Shown: positions 8,647-17,038, numbered from the stretch's first letter. The stretch is DNA of 64,000 nt from Acidimicrobiia bacterium (GCA_050329555.1 JBHJOQ010000007.1:211-64210); one strand, 5' to 3'. A program made the numbers and translations. The notes: generated by a model from the sequence alone, not told the origin.

Positions 8647-9539
8647 CCCGCTACAAGTGGGTGGCTGCCCGGAAGGCCGAGGGATTCCCGATCAAGATGG
8701 CGTGTGAGGTTGCCGAGGTCAGCCGCCAAGCGTTCTGTGACTGGCGTAAGAAGCGAGCTGGGGGTCCGACTGATGCCGAAATCGAAGAGGCTGCACTGGT
8801 CGCGGCGATGCGCGAGATCGAAGCCGACTTTGATGACACCTATGGCCAACCGCGGATGACACCAGAACTCCGCGAGCGTGGCTTCGAGGTGAACCACAAA
8901 CGCGTCGAACGCCTGATGCGGCTGCACAGGATCGTCGGGGTGCACAAGCCAGCCAAGGTCCGCACCACGATCCCTGCCGAGGACAACCCGCCGATGCCCG
9001 ACCTGGTTGGGCGCCGATTCGCACCGGGCGAGCCTGATGTTGTTTGGGTGGGCGACATCACCTACATCCCAACCGGCGAGGGCTGGCTGTATCTCGCCAG
9101 TGTGCTCGATCTCGGTTCGAGACGTTGGCTCGGCTACTCGATGGCCAATCACATGCGCACCGAACTCGTCTCCGACGCGTTGAACATGGCGGTGGCCACA
9201 CGCGGCGGCCAGACGAAAGGAACCATCTTCCATGGCGACCGCGGCGCCCAATACATGTCGGGCGACTACCGCAACCTCGTCACCGGCCACGGCATGGTCC
9301 AGTCGGTCGGAAGAACCGGAGTGTGCTGGGACAACAGTGTGGCGGAATCGGCGTGGTCATCGTTGAAACGTGAACTCGTACACCGCTACCGGTTCGCCAC
9401 CCGAGCCGACGCCCGACGGGCCATCTTCGCCTGGATCAACCGCTACAACTCACGCCGTCGGCACTCAACCCTCGGCTACATCGCCCCTATCGCTTGGGAG
9501 GAGCAGTATCGTCAAACCAGGATCAACCGGGCCGCGTAA
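8643..9539 (+). CDS. IS3-family transposase OrfB (integrase core, DDE)
   Basis: DITYIPTGEGWLYLASVLD, HGDRGAQYMS, CWDNSVAESAWSSLKRE. In the -1 frame relative to orfA with a 4-nt GTGA overlap. Confidence 0.9.
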   Translation: MTRYKWVAARKAEGFPIKMACEVAEVSRQAFCDWRKKRAGGPTDAEIEEAALVAAMREIEADFDDTYGQPRMTPELRERGFEVNHKRVERLMRLHRIVGVHKPAKVRTTIPAEDNPPMPDLVGRRFAPGEPDVVWVGDITYIPTGEGWLYLASVLDLGSRRWLGYSMANHMRTELVSDALNMAVATRGGQTKGTIFHGDRGAQYMSGDYRNLVTGHGMVQSVGRTGVCWDNSVAESAWSSLKRELVHRYRFATRADARRAIFAWINRYNSRRRHSTLGYIAPIAWEEQYRQTRINRAA

Positions 9540-9545
9540 TCAACG

Positions 9546-9569
9546 TGACCGGCCAATGGGGGGAAGCTC
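9546..9569. repeat. IS3 right inverted repeat TGACCGGCCAATGGGGGGAAGCTC
   Basis: Starts 7 nt after the orfB stop. Pairs with 8289-8312. Confidence 0.7.
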
Positions 9570-9615
9570 ACCGCTCCACTATTGGACCAGAAGGGAATCT
9601 CCTCCATCACTCTGA

Positions 9616-10098
9616 CTACATCGTCTCGAGCAGTGCGTCCAGCTTCTCGTATCCTTCGTTGATACCTACCTCCATCCCGCTGGCCACGAAGGCGTCGCGG
9701 TCGGCGAAGGAGTCGACCAGAGAGGTCCCCACCAGCCGGGTCCGACCCCCGGGCAGCTCCTCGAAACGGAGCTTCTCGAAGGCAATTCCGTCGGGCATTC
9801 CGTCCCACGCGAAGGTCTGGACGATGAGCTCACCGGGGCGGACCTCATGGAAAGAGCCGTAGAACACGTACTCCTCACCATCGGCGACTGATGCGTAGCG
9901 GTACGAGCCACCGGTGGAGCAGTCGAAATGGTCGACGCGGATGTCGAGATACTTCGGACCCATCCACTTGGCGAAGAGCTCGGCGTCGGTATGAGCGCGG
10001 AACACCTTCTCCACCGGTGCGTCGAATTCCCGGATTATCCGGACCAACGGCACTTCGGTGTCGATGATGATTTCGGTCTCGTGTTTGGTCACTGTCAC
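9616..10098 (-). CDS. SRPBCC / AHSA1-domain protein
   Basis: VTVTKHETEIIIDTEVPLVRIIREFDAPVEKVFRAHTD... Start set at GTG 10098, overlapping the ArsR stop (GTGA). The longer 198-aa ORF overlaps the upstream gene. Confidence 0.85.
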   Translation of the reverse strand: MTVTKHETEIIIDTEVPLVRIIREFDAPVEKVFRAHTDAELFAKWMGPKYLDIRVDHFDCSTGGSYRYASVADGEEYVFYGSFHEVRPGELIVQTFAWDGMPDGIAFEKLRFEELPGGRTRLVGTSLVDSFADRDAFVASGMEVGINEGYEKLDALLETM

Positions 10099-10457
10099 TT
10101 GCTTTCTCCTGTTTTCTTGTCTTCCTGGGCCGGTCCGTCGGGCATGGCCTCGAGCAGGGCGTCGAGCCGGCGATATCTCTCTTCCGCCTGTTGGCGGTAA
10201 CGCTCGATCCATTTGGTCATGAGGTCGAACACTTCCGCATCGAGATGGGCGGGGCGGCGCTGACCTTCCCGGCTACGCGTGACGACCCCGGCGTCCTCGA
10301 GCACCTTGAGGTGCTTGGAGACGGCCTGGAGTGTCACGTCGTACGGCTCGGCTAACTCGTTCACCGTGGCATCCCCGACAGCAAGCCGGGCGACTATGTC
10401 ACGGCGGGTCGGGTCGGCCAATGCCGAAAACACCTGACTCAGCGGATCTGCACTCAC
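10095..10457 (-). CDS. ArsR-family transcriptional regulator (paired with the SRPBCC gene)
   Basis: FSALADPTRRDIVARLAVGDATVNELAEPYDVTLQAVSKHLKVLEDAGVV. GTG start. Confidence 0.9.
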   Translation of the reverse strand: MSADPLSQVFSALADPTRRDIVARLAVGDATVNELAEPYDVTLQAVSKHLKVLEDAGVVTRSREGQRRPAHLDAEVFDLMTKWIERYRQQAEERYRRLDALLEAMPDGPAQEDKKTGESK

Positions 10458-10477
10458 AAAACTCCTTCTCTATATGA

Positions 10478-10544
10478 TCAACTCCTTGGTTGAATAAGAA
10501 CTTACCGGAACCTCATCTGGTTGTCAACCAGCAGGTTGAATAAG
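10478..10544. promoter_or_regulatory. Candidate ArsR operator region: TCAAC-N6-GTTGA, GGTTGtCAACC palindrome, and two copies of GGTTGAATAAG
   Basis: Read directly upstream of the ArsR start: IR 10478-10493, palindrome 10519-10529, direct repeats 10488-10498 and 10534-10544. Confidence 0.4.
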
Positions 10545-10577
10545 CGGCGTACCCACCGGTTCTCCAACTCCCGCAGC

Positions 10578-11360
10578 TCAGCTGCGCAGGGTCGTTCCGC
10601 CCTTCCAGGAGACACCTACCTTGTGGTAGTAACCGCCGATCGTCTCGGCTTCCCGGAGGAGGGCCAGGTCTTCGGTTGGTGAGTCGTAGAGCTCGAGCGC
10701 GGCGTCACCGGACCAGATATCGGCCACTTCCCCGTCGTAGCCGCGCATGGTGACCAATTCGTCCATCGAGTTGGTGCCGTCGGACTCGATGGCCGGCCAG
10801 GCGCGGCTGTGCAGCATCGGATGCCCATTGACGAAACCCGGCCTGTCCGCTGGCTCCCGCAGGGTCACCACCGCCTCAGCAAGCCGCCGGCCGCTAGCGG
10901 ACAACGTTGCACCGAACCGTCCTCCCTCTTCCAATCGCGGCCCGGCGCGGCCCACTGTCACCGGCCGGGTCATCCAGATCTCCCCCAGTTTCTTCGGGTA
11001 GCCCTGGTGGTAGCCCCTGACCAGGGCGAAGTCCTTGTCGACCCAGATGTAGGCGCAGCGGCTCCAGGTCTGGCCCTCCCACTGGCCCCGGATTACCACG
11101 AAACACTCCTTGTACTGGGAACGAACGGGGTCGAGGATCTCGGTGAAGTCATCTCCGCAGCTCTGCCAGTCGGCCCAGATCACCGCCACCGCTCCCGGGT
11201 CATCCGGAGCAGGTTCGACCCCATCGGGGAGCAATTCGGCCACCCGGTCCGGGTCGGTGCGGTATTCGACGGTGATCATCTCTCCCGAGTAGTGCCATGG
11301 CGGTGGCGGGATCAGCGAGGAATTTCCCGTCGGGGATTTCGGAAAGAGGAAGCCCTCCAT
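10578..11360 (-). CDS. Acetoacetate decarboxylase superfamily protein (MppR/Sbi00515-like)
   Basis: Start at MEGFLFPKSPTGNSSLIPPPPWHYSGEMITVEY (typical N-terminus of this family). Its ATG shares base 11360 with the upstream stop (TGATG). Confidence 0.8.
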   Translation of the reverse strand: MEGFLFPKSPTGNSSLIPPPPWHYSGEMITVEYRTDPDRVAELLPDGVEPAPDDPGAVAVIWADWQSCGDDFTEILDPVRSQYKECFVVIRGQWEGQTWSRCAYIWVDKDFALVRGYHQGYPKKLGEIWMTRPVTVGRAGPRLEEGGRFGATLSASGRRLAEAVVTLREPADRPGFVNGHPMLHSRAWPAIESDGTNSMDELVTMRGYDGEVADIWSGDAALELYDSPTEDLALLREAETIGGYYHKVGVSWKGGTTLRS

Positions 11361-12655
11361 CAGAGGAAGGGGAGATACTCGGACATCTCCCAATCTGTCG
11401 TCCAGCTGTTGTAACGCTCCCACTCGGCGCGTTTCACGGTCAGGTATCCGTCGACGAATGCGGGTGAGAGCGCCTCGATCAGGTCGGTGTCGGCCTCGAG
11501 CGCATCGAGGGCGTCGCTGAGGGTCGGCGGGATCACCACATCCGTCGAGGCATTCGCGATGCAATCGAGAGTCTCCACTTCCGGAAGCTCATAGCCTTTC
11601 TCATACCCGAGGCGGGCCGCGGTGAGGATGGTGGCCACCGCCTGGTGCGGAGTCACCGAACCGTCCCCGACCCGGTGCTCGAGCCGGGTCGCTTTGCCCC
11701 GGGACGGGGGCACCCGGACGGTGACGCCGCGATGGTCGTAGCCCCAGTTGGCCCAGTACCCGCACAGGGAACCGGGCTTGAGTCGCTTGTAGGCGTTCAC
11801 TGTCGGGGCGAGGAGACCGGCCATCCCGACGTGGTGCCTGAGCATCCCGGCGATCAGAGAGCGCGCCAGGTCGCTAAGGCCGTCCTTGCTGTCGGCGTCG
11901 GCGATGAGGTTGTTCCCGTCGTTGTCCGCCATCGAAAGGTTGACATGCAGTCCGCTCCCCCCTCGTCCGTTGATCGGCTTGCCCATAAAGGTGAGCAGGT
12001 AACCCATTCGGGCTGCGACTTCTTTGGCCATGACTTTGAAGAGGAAGGCGTCATCGGCGGCGGTCAGGGCATCACGATACGAAAGTGTCAGTTCGAACTG
12101 GCCGTTGTCGTACTCGCTGTTCACCGTCTCCAGGGGAAGCCCGGCCTCATGTGCCTTGTGCATGATGGCGTCGATGATCCCGTGCGGGTCGACGGCCGTG
12201 CCCGTTCCGTAGACGTAGGCGCCAGGCGTGGAGATCGGGTGCCAACCGCCTGCGCCGTCCGGCTCGAACAGGAACGCCTCGGTCTCGATGCCGACCATCG
12301 GGGTGAAACCGTGCGGTTCCCAGGCCTCGATTGCAGACTTGAGGAGGTTGCGCGGGGCAAGGGGCACCGGCTTTCCCTCGCGGGTGATCTCGGGGATGAT
12401 CACCTTCGTATTCGGCTCCCAGCCGGGCCGGGCATTCTCCCATTCGAACTCCGCTTCCAGGTCGGGGAGGCCCTGCCAGAACATCCCGCCGTCATGAGGT
12501 GTCATTTCCCGATCGAAGCCGAGTGTGAACAATGCGAGGCAATGCCCGGTCTGGGTCCGGGAGTCCCTCGGGAGGTACTTGCCCCGGGCGAGACCGAGGT
12601 GATCGGGCCACAACAGTCGCAAACGTTCGTAGTCTTCGGGCACCTTCCTCCTCAC
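11360..12655 (-). CDS. Glutamine synthetase-like ligase (gamma-glutamyl-amine synthetase type, GlnA3/PuuA-like)
   Basis: 431 aa. GIETEAFLF, NSEYDNGQFELT, FMGKPINGRGGSGLHVNLS, NAYKRL, RLEHRVGD. Confidence 0.85.
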   Translation of the reverse strand: MRRKVPEDYERLRLLWPDHLGLARGKYLPRDSRTQTGHCLALFTLGFDREMTPHDGGMFWQGLPDLEAEFEWENARPGWEPNTKVIIPEITREGKPVPLAPRNLLKSAIEAWEPHGFTPMVGIETEAFLFEPDGAGGWHPISTPGAYVYGTGTAVDPHGIIDAIMHKAHEAGLPLETVNSEYDNGQFELTLSYRDALTAADDAFLFKVMAKEVAARMGYLLTFMGKPINGRGGSGLHVNLSMADNDGNNLIADADSKDGLSDLARSLIAGMLRHHVGMAGLLAPTVNAYKRLKPGSLCGYWANWGYDHRGVTVRVPPSRGKATRLEHRVGDGSVTPHQAVATILTAARLGYEKGYELPEVETLDCIANASTDVVIPPTLSDALDALEADTDLIEALSPAFVDGYLTVKRAEWERYNSWTTDWEMSEYLPFL

Positions 12656-12722
12656 TTGGCGCCACAGATCGTAGATGCTTCCCCGGTTGAGCGTGGTTGT
12701 CCGAAATCGCTATCTTGACCGT

Positions 12723-14102
12723 ATGTCGATACCTCTGGAGCCGGATGCCGCGGAGCGATCCGAGCTCAACTCGCGAGCAGAGCGATTCGTCGAAGACTGG
12801 TTCACCCGCACCGCCGACACCCAGGCCGTAGGCAATTCACTGAGCGACACTCAGATGAAAGACCTAATGGCACCGCCCATCGAGGAGGGACGGGCGATGG
12901 GTGAGGTCCTCGACACTCTCGACCTCGCCGGCCAGCCGGGCATCGTCCACCGCTCGGGGGGGCACATGTCTTATATCCCCAACGGAGGGCTGTACACGGC
13001 TGCGCTGGCCGACATGATCGCCGCCGCACTGAACCGGTACACCGGTGTGGCCGTGGCCGCACCAGGGATGACCGCAATCGAGACCGGCATCACCGACTGG
13101 ATTGCCTCCCTGTTCGACCTCGGAGAGTCGGCTGCCGCCATCCTCCTCTCCGGCGGCTCGACCGCCAACCTCACCGCGGTGGTGGCGGCGCGGGTCAACC
13201 GTCTCGGGGAGAGATTCGACGACGGGGTCCTCTACGTCACCACCCACACCCACCACTCGGTGGCCAAAACGGCCCGCATCGCCGGATTCCGCAACGATCA
13301 GATCCGACAGGTGCCGGTCGACGACGACCTACGGATGAGAGTCGACGTCCTCGAGCAGATGGTGGGAGAAGATCGCGATAGAGGTCTGAGGCCGTTTCTG
13401 GTGGTCGGATCAGCCGGCACCACCGACACCGGCACGGTCGATGATCTGGCGGCCGTGTCTCGAGTCGCTAGCGACCAGGACCTCTGGTTCCACACCGACG
13501 CCGCTTACGGAGGGTTTTTCCAGCTGACCCAGCGCGGAAGCAGGACCCTGGCCGGAATCGAGAACTCCGATTCGATCGCGCTCGACCCGCACAAAGGCCT
13601 ATCGATTCCGTTCGGGGTCGGGGCCCTGGTCGTGAAGGACCAGAACCATCTGATCGACGCCAACCACGGCCGCGGGGCGTACCTGGACCACGACGAAGTC
13701 CACCAGGGCCTGCGTGACATCTCCTCACTAGGACCGGAGCTATCCCGTCCGTTTCGCGGCCTGCAGGTATGGCTCCCCCTTCACGTCCACGGGATCGCAC
13801 CCTTTCGCGACGCCCTAGATGAGGCCCTGGACCTTGCGGGCCACGCCTACGAGCGGGTCAGCCACCTCCACGGAATCAGGGCACTTTGGAAACCCCACCT
13901 CTCCATCGCCGCTTTTGGATTCGAGGATGACGCCATCGGCCGGGAGGCAATGGAACGGGTCAACGACGACCGGCTGGTCCACCTCAGCCCGACGGAGGTC
14001 GACGGCCGTTTCGTGCTGCGGATGGCCATCCTCAACCGCCGCACCACCGTCGAGCACGTCGACCATGCCATCGACCTCATCGAAAAGACTCTGATCGGAT
14101 AA
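12723..14102 (+). CDS. Group II PLP-dependent (aromatic-L-amino-acid-type) decarboxylase
   Basis: SGGSTANLTAVVAAR, HTDAAYGGF, PLP lysine in LDPHKGLSIPFG. Start set at MSIPLEP (12723). Confidence 0.85.
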   Translation: MSIPLEPDAAERSELNSRAERFVEDWFTRTADTQAVGNSLSDTQMKDLMAPPIEEGRAMGEVLDTLDLAGQPGIVHRSGGHMSYIPNGGLYTAALADMIAAALNRYTGVAVAAPGMTAIETGITDWIASLFDLGESAAAILLSGGSTANLTAVVAARVNRLGERFDDGVLYVTTHTHHSVAKTARIAGFRNDQIRQVPVDDDLRMRVDVLEQMVGEDRDRGLRPFLVVGSAGTTDTGTVDDLAAVSRVASDQDLWFHTDAAYGGFFQLTQRGSRTLAGIENSDSIALDPHKGLSIPFGVGALVVKDQNHLIDANHGRGAYLDHDEVHQGLRDISSLGPELSRPFRGLQVWLPLHVHGIAPFRDALDEALDLAGHAYERVSHLHGIRALWKPHLSIAAFGFEDDAIGREAMERVNDDRLVHLSPTEVDGRFVLRMAILNRRTTVEHVDHAIDLIEKTLIG

Positions 14103-14111
14103 CGGCCCCAG

Positions 14112-15377
14112 TCAGGCCAGGTCGAATCGCACCGGAAGGTGCTTGATCCCCGAGATGAAGTTGCTCCGGAGGCGATCGGGCTCCCCGAGAATCTCAAAAC
14201 CACTGATTCGGGAGAGAAGCTCCTCGAACACCACCCTCACCTCGAGCCGGGCGAGTGCCGCCCCGAGGCATACGTGGCGGCCGGTGCCGAAGGTGACATG
14301 GTTGTTCGGCGACCGCTTCAAGTCGAGAGTGAAGGGATCGTCAAACACTTCCTGGTCGTAGTTGGCCGACGTATACCAGAGGACGACGCGGTCGCCGGCT
14401 TTCACCGGCACCCCCCTGATCTCGGTGTCGTCGACCACGGTTCGGCGAAAGTGCATGGTGACGGCCGATGCCCGCAGGATCTCCTCGGTTGCTGCCACCG
14501 ACATCGCAGGCGGGTCGGCGTGCCATTCGGAAAACTGAACAGGATGTTTGGCCAGATACACCAGGGCATGGCTGATGGTGTGCCTGGTGGTCTCGTTGCC
14601 GGCCACCATCATCAGGGTGAAGAAGTTCTTGAATTCGAGATCGGTGAGGGGCTGGCCGTCGGGTTCCGCGGTGAGCAGGTCGGTGATGATGTCTTCGCGT
14701 GGGTTGTCCCGGCGCTCAAGGGCGGCCTGTTCGGCGTAGCGGAACACCTCCAGTGCGGCCGGGGAGCGGAAGGGAAGAAGGCGCCACTCCTCGGTATCGA
14801 CCTTGTCGATGATGACCGGGGTGTATTCGGGGTCAGCGTTTGAGATCATTTGATCGCCCCAGGAGACGAGCCTGTCGGCATCTGTCTCAGGCACACCGAG
14901 CAGACGGCAGAGAAGGCGGATCGGCAGCTCCCGTGCGATCTCGGTGACGAAGTCGAACTCGGCTTTCGGCAACACGGTGTCGAGGACCGTACCGGCGAGT
15001 TTGCGGAAAGCGTTCTCGTACGTGGCGACCACTTTGGGGGTGAACCCGGGTGAAACCAGACGGCGGAGACGGGTGTGCTCGGGCGGGTCGTGCTCCATCA
15101 TCGACCGCCGCGCCTCGAGCTCGTCGTCGGACATCTCCTCGATCCTGATCCCCCTTGCGGCGGAGAACCTCCTGTAATCGCGGCTGACCTCAACCACGTC
15201 GGCGTGTTTCGTAACCGCCCAGAACCCCGACCCGTCGGCTTCGGTCACCCACGGGACCGGGTCTTCGTTTCGCAGCCGTTCGAAGGCAGCGTGGGGAAAT
15301 CCCTTGAGATAGGTGTCATGTGAAGTGATGTCGGCGTGGGGGTCGCCGTGGTCTTCGTTGAGTACGTTGGTTGCCAT
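14112..15377 (-). CDS. Cytochrome P450 monooxygenase
   Basis: 421 aa from MATNVLNED (ATG 15377). I-helix MVAGNETT, EILR, heme loop FGTGRHVCLGAALA. The 726-aa ORF in the track is this gene fused to the antisense of the FAH gene. Confidence 0.9.
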   Translation of the reverse strand: MATNVLNEDHGDPHADITSHDTYLKGFPHAAFERLRNEDPVPWVTEADGSGFWAVTKHADVVEVSRDYRRFSAARGIRIEEMSDDELEARRSMMEHDPPEHTRLRRLVSPGFTPKVVATYENAFRKLAGTVLDTVLPKAEFDFVTEIARELPIRLLCRLLGVPETDADRLVSWGDQMISNADPEYTPVIIDKVDTEEWRLLPFRSPAALEVFRYAEQAALERRDNPREDIITDLLTAEPDGQPLTDLEFKNFFTLMMVAGNETTRHTISHALVYLAKHPVQFSEWHADPPAMSVAATEEILRASAVTMHFRRTVVDDTEIRGVPVKAGDRVVLWYTSANYDQEVFDDPFTLDLKRSPNNHVTFGTGRHVCLGAALARLEVRVVFEELLSRISGFEILGEPDRLRSNFISGIKHLPVRFDLA

Positions 15378-15434
15378 GGAATCGTTAAGAAGCGAACATA
15401 ATCGCAACTTGGCACTGATGTGTAGAGGTATAAA

Positions 15435-16316
15435 TTGACCGAGTACCGGAGGATCCTGTTCGACGGGGCCGTAACCAGGGTGCGCCGCGAAGGCGACACG
15501 CTGCTTTCCCCTGATGGGCGGACAGTCCCTGTCGATGATGCAGTGCACCTCGCTCCGGTCGAACCGTCGAAGATCATCGCCTGCCATCTCAACTACCGGA
15601 GCCGGGTGGAGGAATTCATGACGAAACTCCCACCGGCGCCTACGTACTTTCAAAAGCCCACAACGGCCCTCAACTCGCACGGCGGCGATGTGGTCAGACC
15701 CGAACGGTGCAAATACCTCAATTTCGAGGGGGAGATTGCGATCGTGATCGGCGAGACCGCCCGCAATGTCGATCGTGAAGATGCCGGAATGGTCATCGCC
15801 GGCTACACCATCGCCAACGACTACGGCCTTCACGACTTCAGGGACACCGACGCCGGCTCGATGCTCCGGGTGAAGGGATCGGACACTCTCTGCCCGCTCG
15901 GGCCCGGCTTCGTGACCGATTGGGACTTCAGCTCCAAAGAGATTCGCACTCTGGTCAACGGCAGGGTGGTCCAGGAAGGCAACACCGCCGAGATGGAATG
16001 GGACATGCACTACCTGGTGGCCGACCTCGCCCGGACGATCACCCTGCTCCCCGGCGACGTGATCCTCTCGGGGACACCTGCCGGCTCGCGTCCCGTCGAG
16101 CCGGGTGACGTGGTGACGGTCGAGGTCGAGGGGCTCGGAGAGTTGACCAACACGATCGTCACCGGACCGACTCCCGTGGGCGACCGGGTGGGGGCGCAGC
16201 CAAGCGAGTCCGAGGAGGTACTCTCGACAGCGCTTGGTGGGGACTGGGAATTCCGCGGCGTGAGAGCGCCCCGTGGCCCCGGCGCCCAACACTACGAATC
16301 GGAGCTTGAAGAGTGA
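15435..16316 (+). CDS. Fumarylacetoacetate hydrolase family protein (HpaG-like isomerase/decarboxylase)
   Basis: YLNFEGEIAIVIG, GYTIANDYG, GDVILSGTPAG. Confidence 0.85.
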   Translation: MTEYRRILFDGAVTRVRREGDTLLSPDGRTVPVDDAVHLAPVEPSKIIACHLNYRSRVEEFMTKLPPAPTYFQKPTTALNSHGGDVVRPERCKYLNFEGEIAIVIGETARNVDREDAGMVIAGYTIANDYGLHDFRDTDAGSMLRVKGSDTLCPLGPGFVTDWDFSSKEIRTLVNGRVVQEGNTAEMEWDMHYLVADLARTITLLPGDVILSGTPAGSRPVEPGDVVTVEVEGLGELTNTIVTGPTPVGDRVGAQPSESEEVLSTALGGDWEFRGVRAPRGPGAQHYESELEE

Positions 16317-17038
16317 GCAATCCGTTGGTCGGGATCACAGCATGGAGGAGGGAACTCGACACCTTCCTCGGCCGCGAACTGCTCCACACGCTCTCGAATT
16401 ATTACTCGGACGCGGTCATCAACGCCGGGATGACACCGGTCATGTTCCCCAACGGGCAGGACCCGGCCAATGCCGCCCGGTTGGTCGGGCTCGTCGACGG
16501 CTTATTGCTCTCGGGAGGGGACGATGTCGACCCCGAGACCTACGGCGCCGTCGCCGACTCCTCCAAAGGACACCACCGGGATGTGGACGCCTTCGAAATC
16601 GCTCTGGTAAAGGCAGCCAGGGAACAGAACAAGCCGGTCCTGGCGATCTGCAGGGGAATTCAGCTGCTCAACGTTGCATTGGGTGGGACCCTCAACCAGG
16701 AGGTCACCCGGGAAGGCACGGCCCATGAGCCCATATCCGAGGACTCCGATCCCGACACCCTCAACCGCCAGCGCCACCCGGTGCATTTCGAGCCCGGATC
16801 GCTGCTCGCCGACTTCTACGGGACCACGGAGATCAAGACGAACTCCCTGCACCACCAAGGCATCGCCGAGCTCTCCCCGTCACTCATCGTCGAAGGTCGG
16901 ACCGAAGACGGCCTCGTCGAGGCGGCGCGATGCAGCGGCGACTGGTGGGCCCTTGGTGTCCAATGGCATCCGGAGCGGATGGACCCCGCCCATCAAGAGC
17001 CCCTTTTCGGGGCTTTCCGGGCAGCGATCAGCCGCTAA
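16313..17038 (+). CDS. Gamma-glutamyl amidohydrolase, class I GATase / peptidase C26 (PuuD-like)
   Basis: LLLSGGDDVDP, nucleophile Cys in PVLAICRGIQLLNVALGG, GVQWHPE. 4-nt overlap with the FAH gene. Confidence 0.85.
   Translation: MSNPLVGITAWRRELDTFLGRELLHTLSNYYSDAVINAGMTPVMFPNGQDPANAARLVGLVDGLLLSGGDDVDPETYGAVADSSKGHHRDVDAFEIALVKAAREQNKPVLAICRGIQLLNVALGGTLNQEVTREGTAHEPISEDSDPDTLNRQRHPVHFEPGSLLADFYGTTEIKTNSLHHQGIAELSPSLIVEGRTEDGLVEAARCSGDWWALGVQWHPERMDPAHQEPLFGAFRAAISR

Larger units (their letters stand above)
8249..9609 (+). mobile_element. IS3-family insertion sequence (orfA/orfB); outer boundaries approximate
   Basis: orfA plus a -1-frame orfB with a DDE (rve) domain. 24-nt inverted repeats at 8289-8312 and 9546-9569. 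TGA...TCA termini sit exactly 64 nt out on both sides (8249, 9609), but the outer 40 nt match poorly. Confidence 0.75.

Noticed and set aside
14112-16292. 726-aa minus-strand ORF in the track, which looks like a large fusion protein
   Set aside because: Only its C-terminal 421 aa (from ATG 15377) are P450. The N-terminal 300 aa are the antisense shadow of the well-supported plus-strand FAH-family gene (15435-16316) and have Arg/Gly/Pro-rich, motif-free composition.
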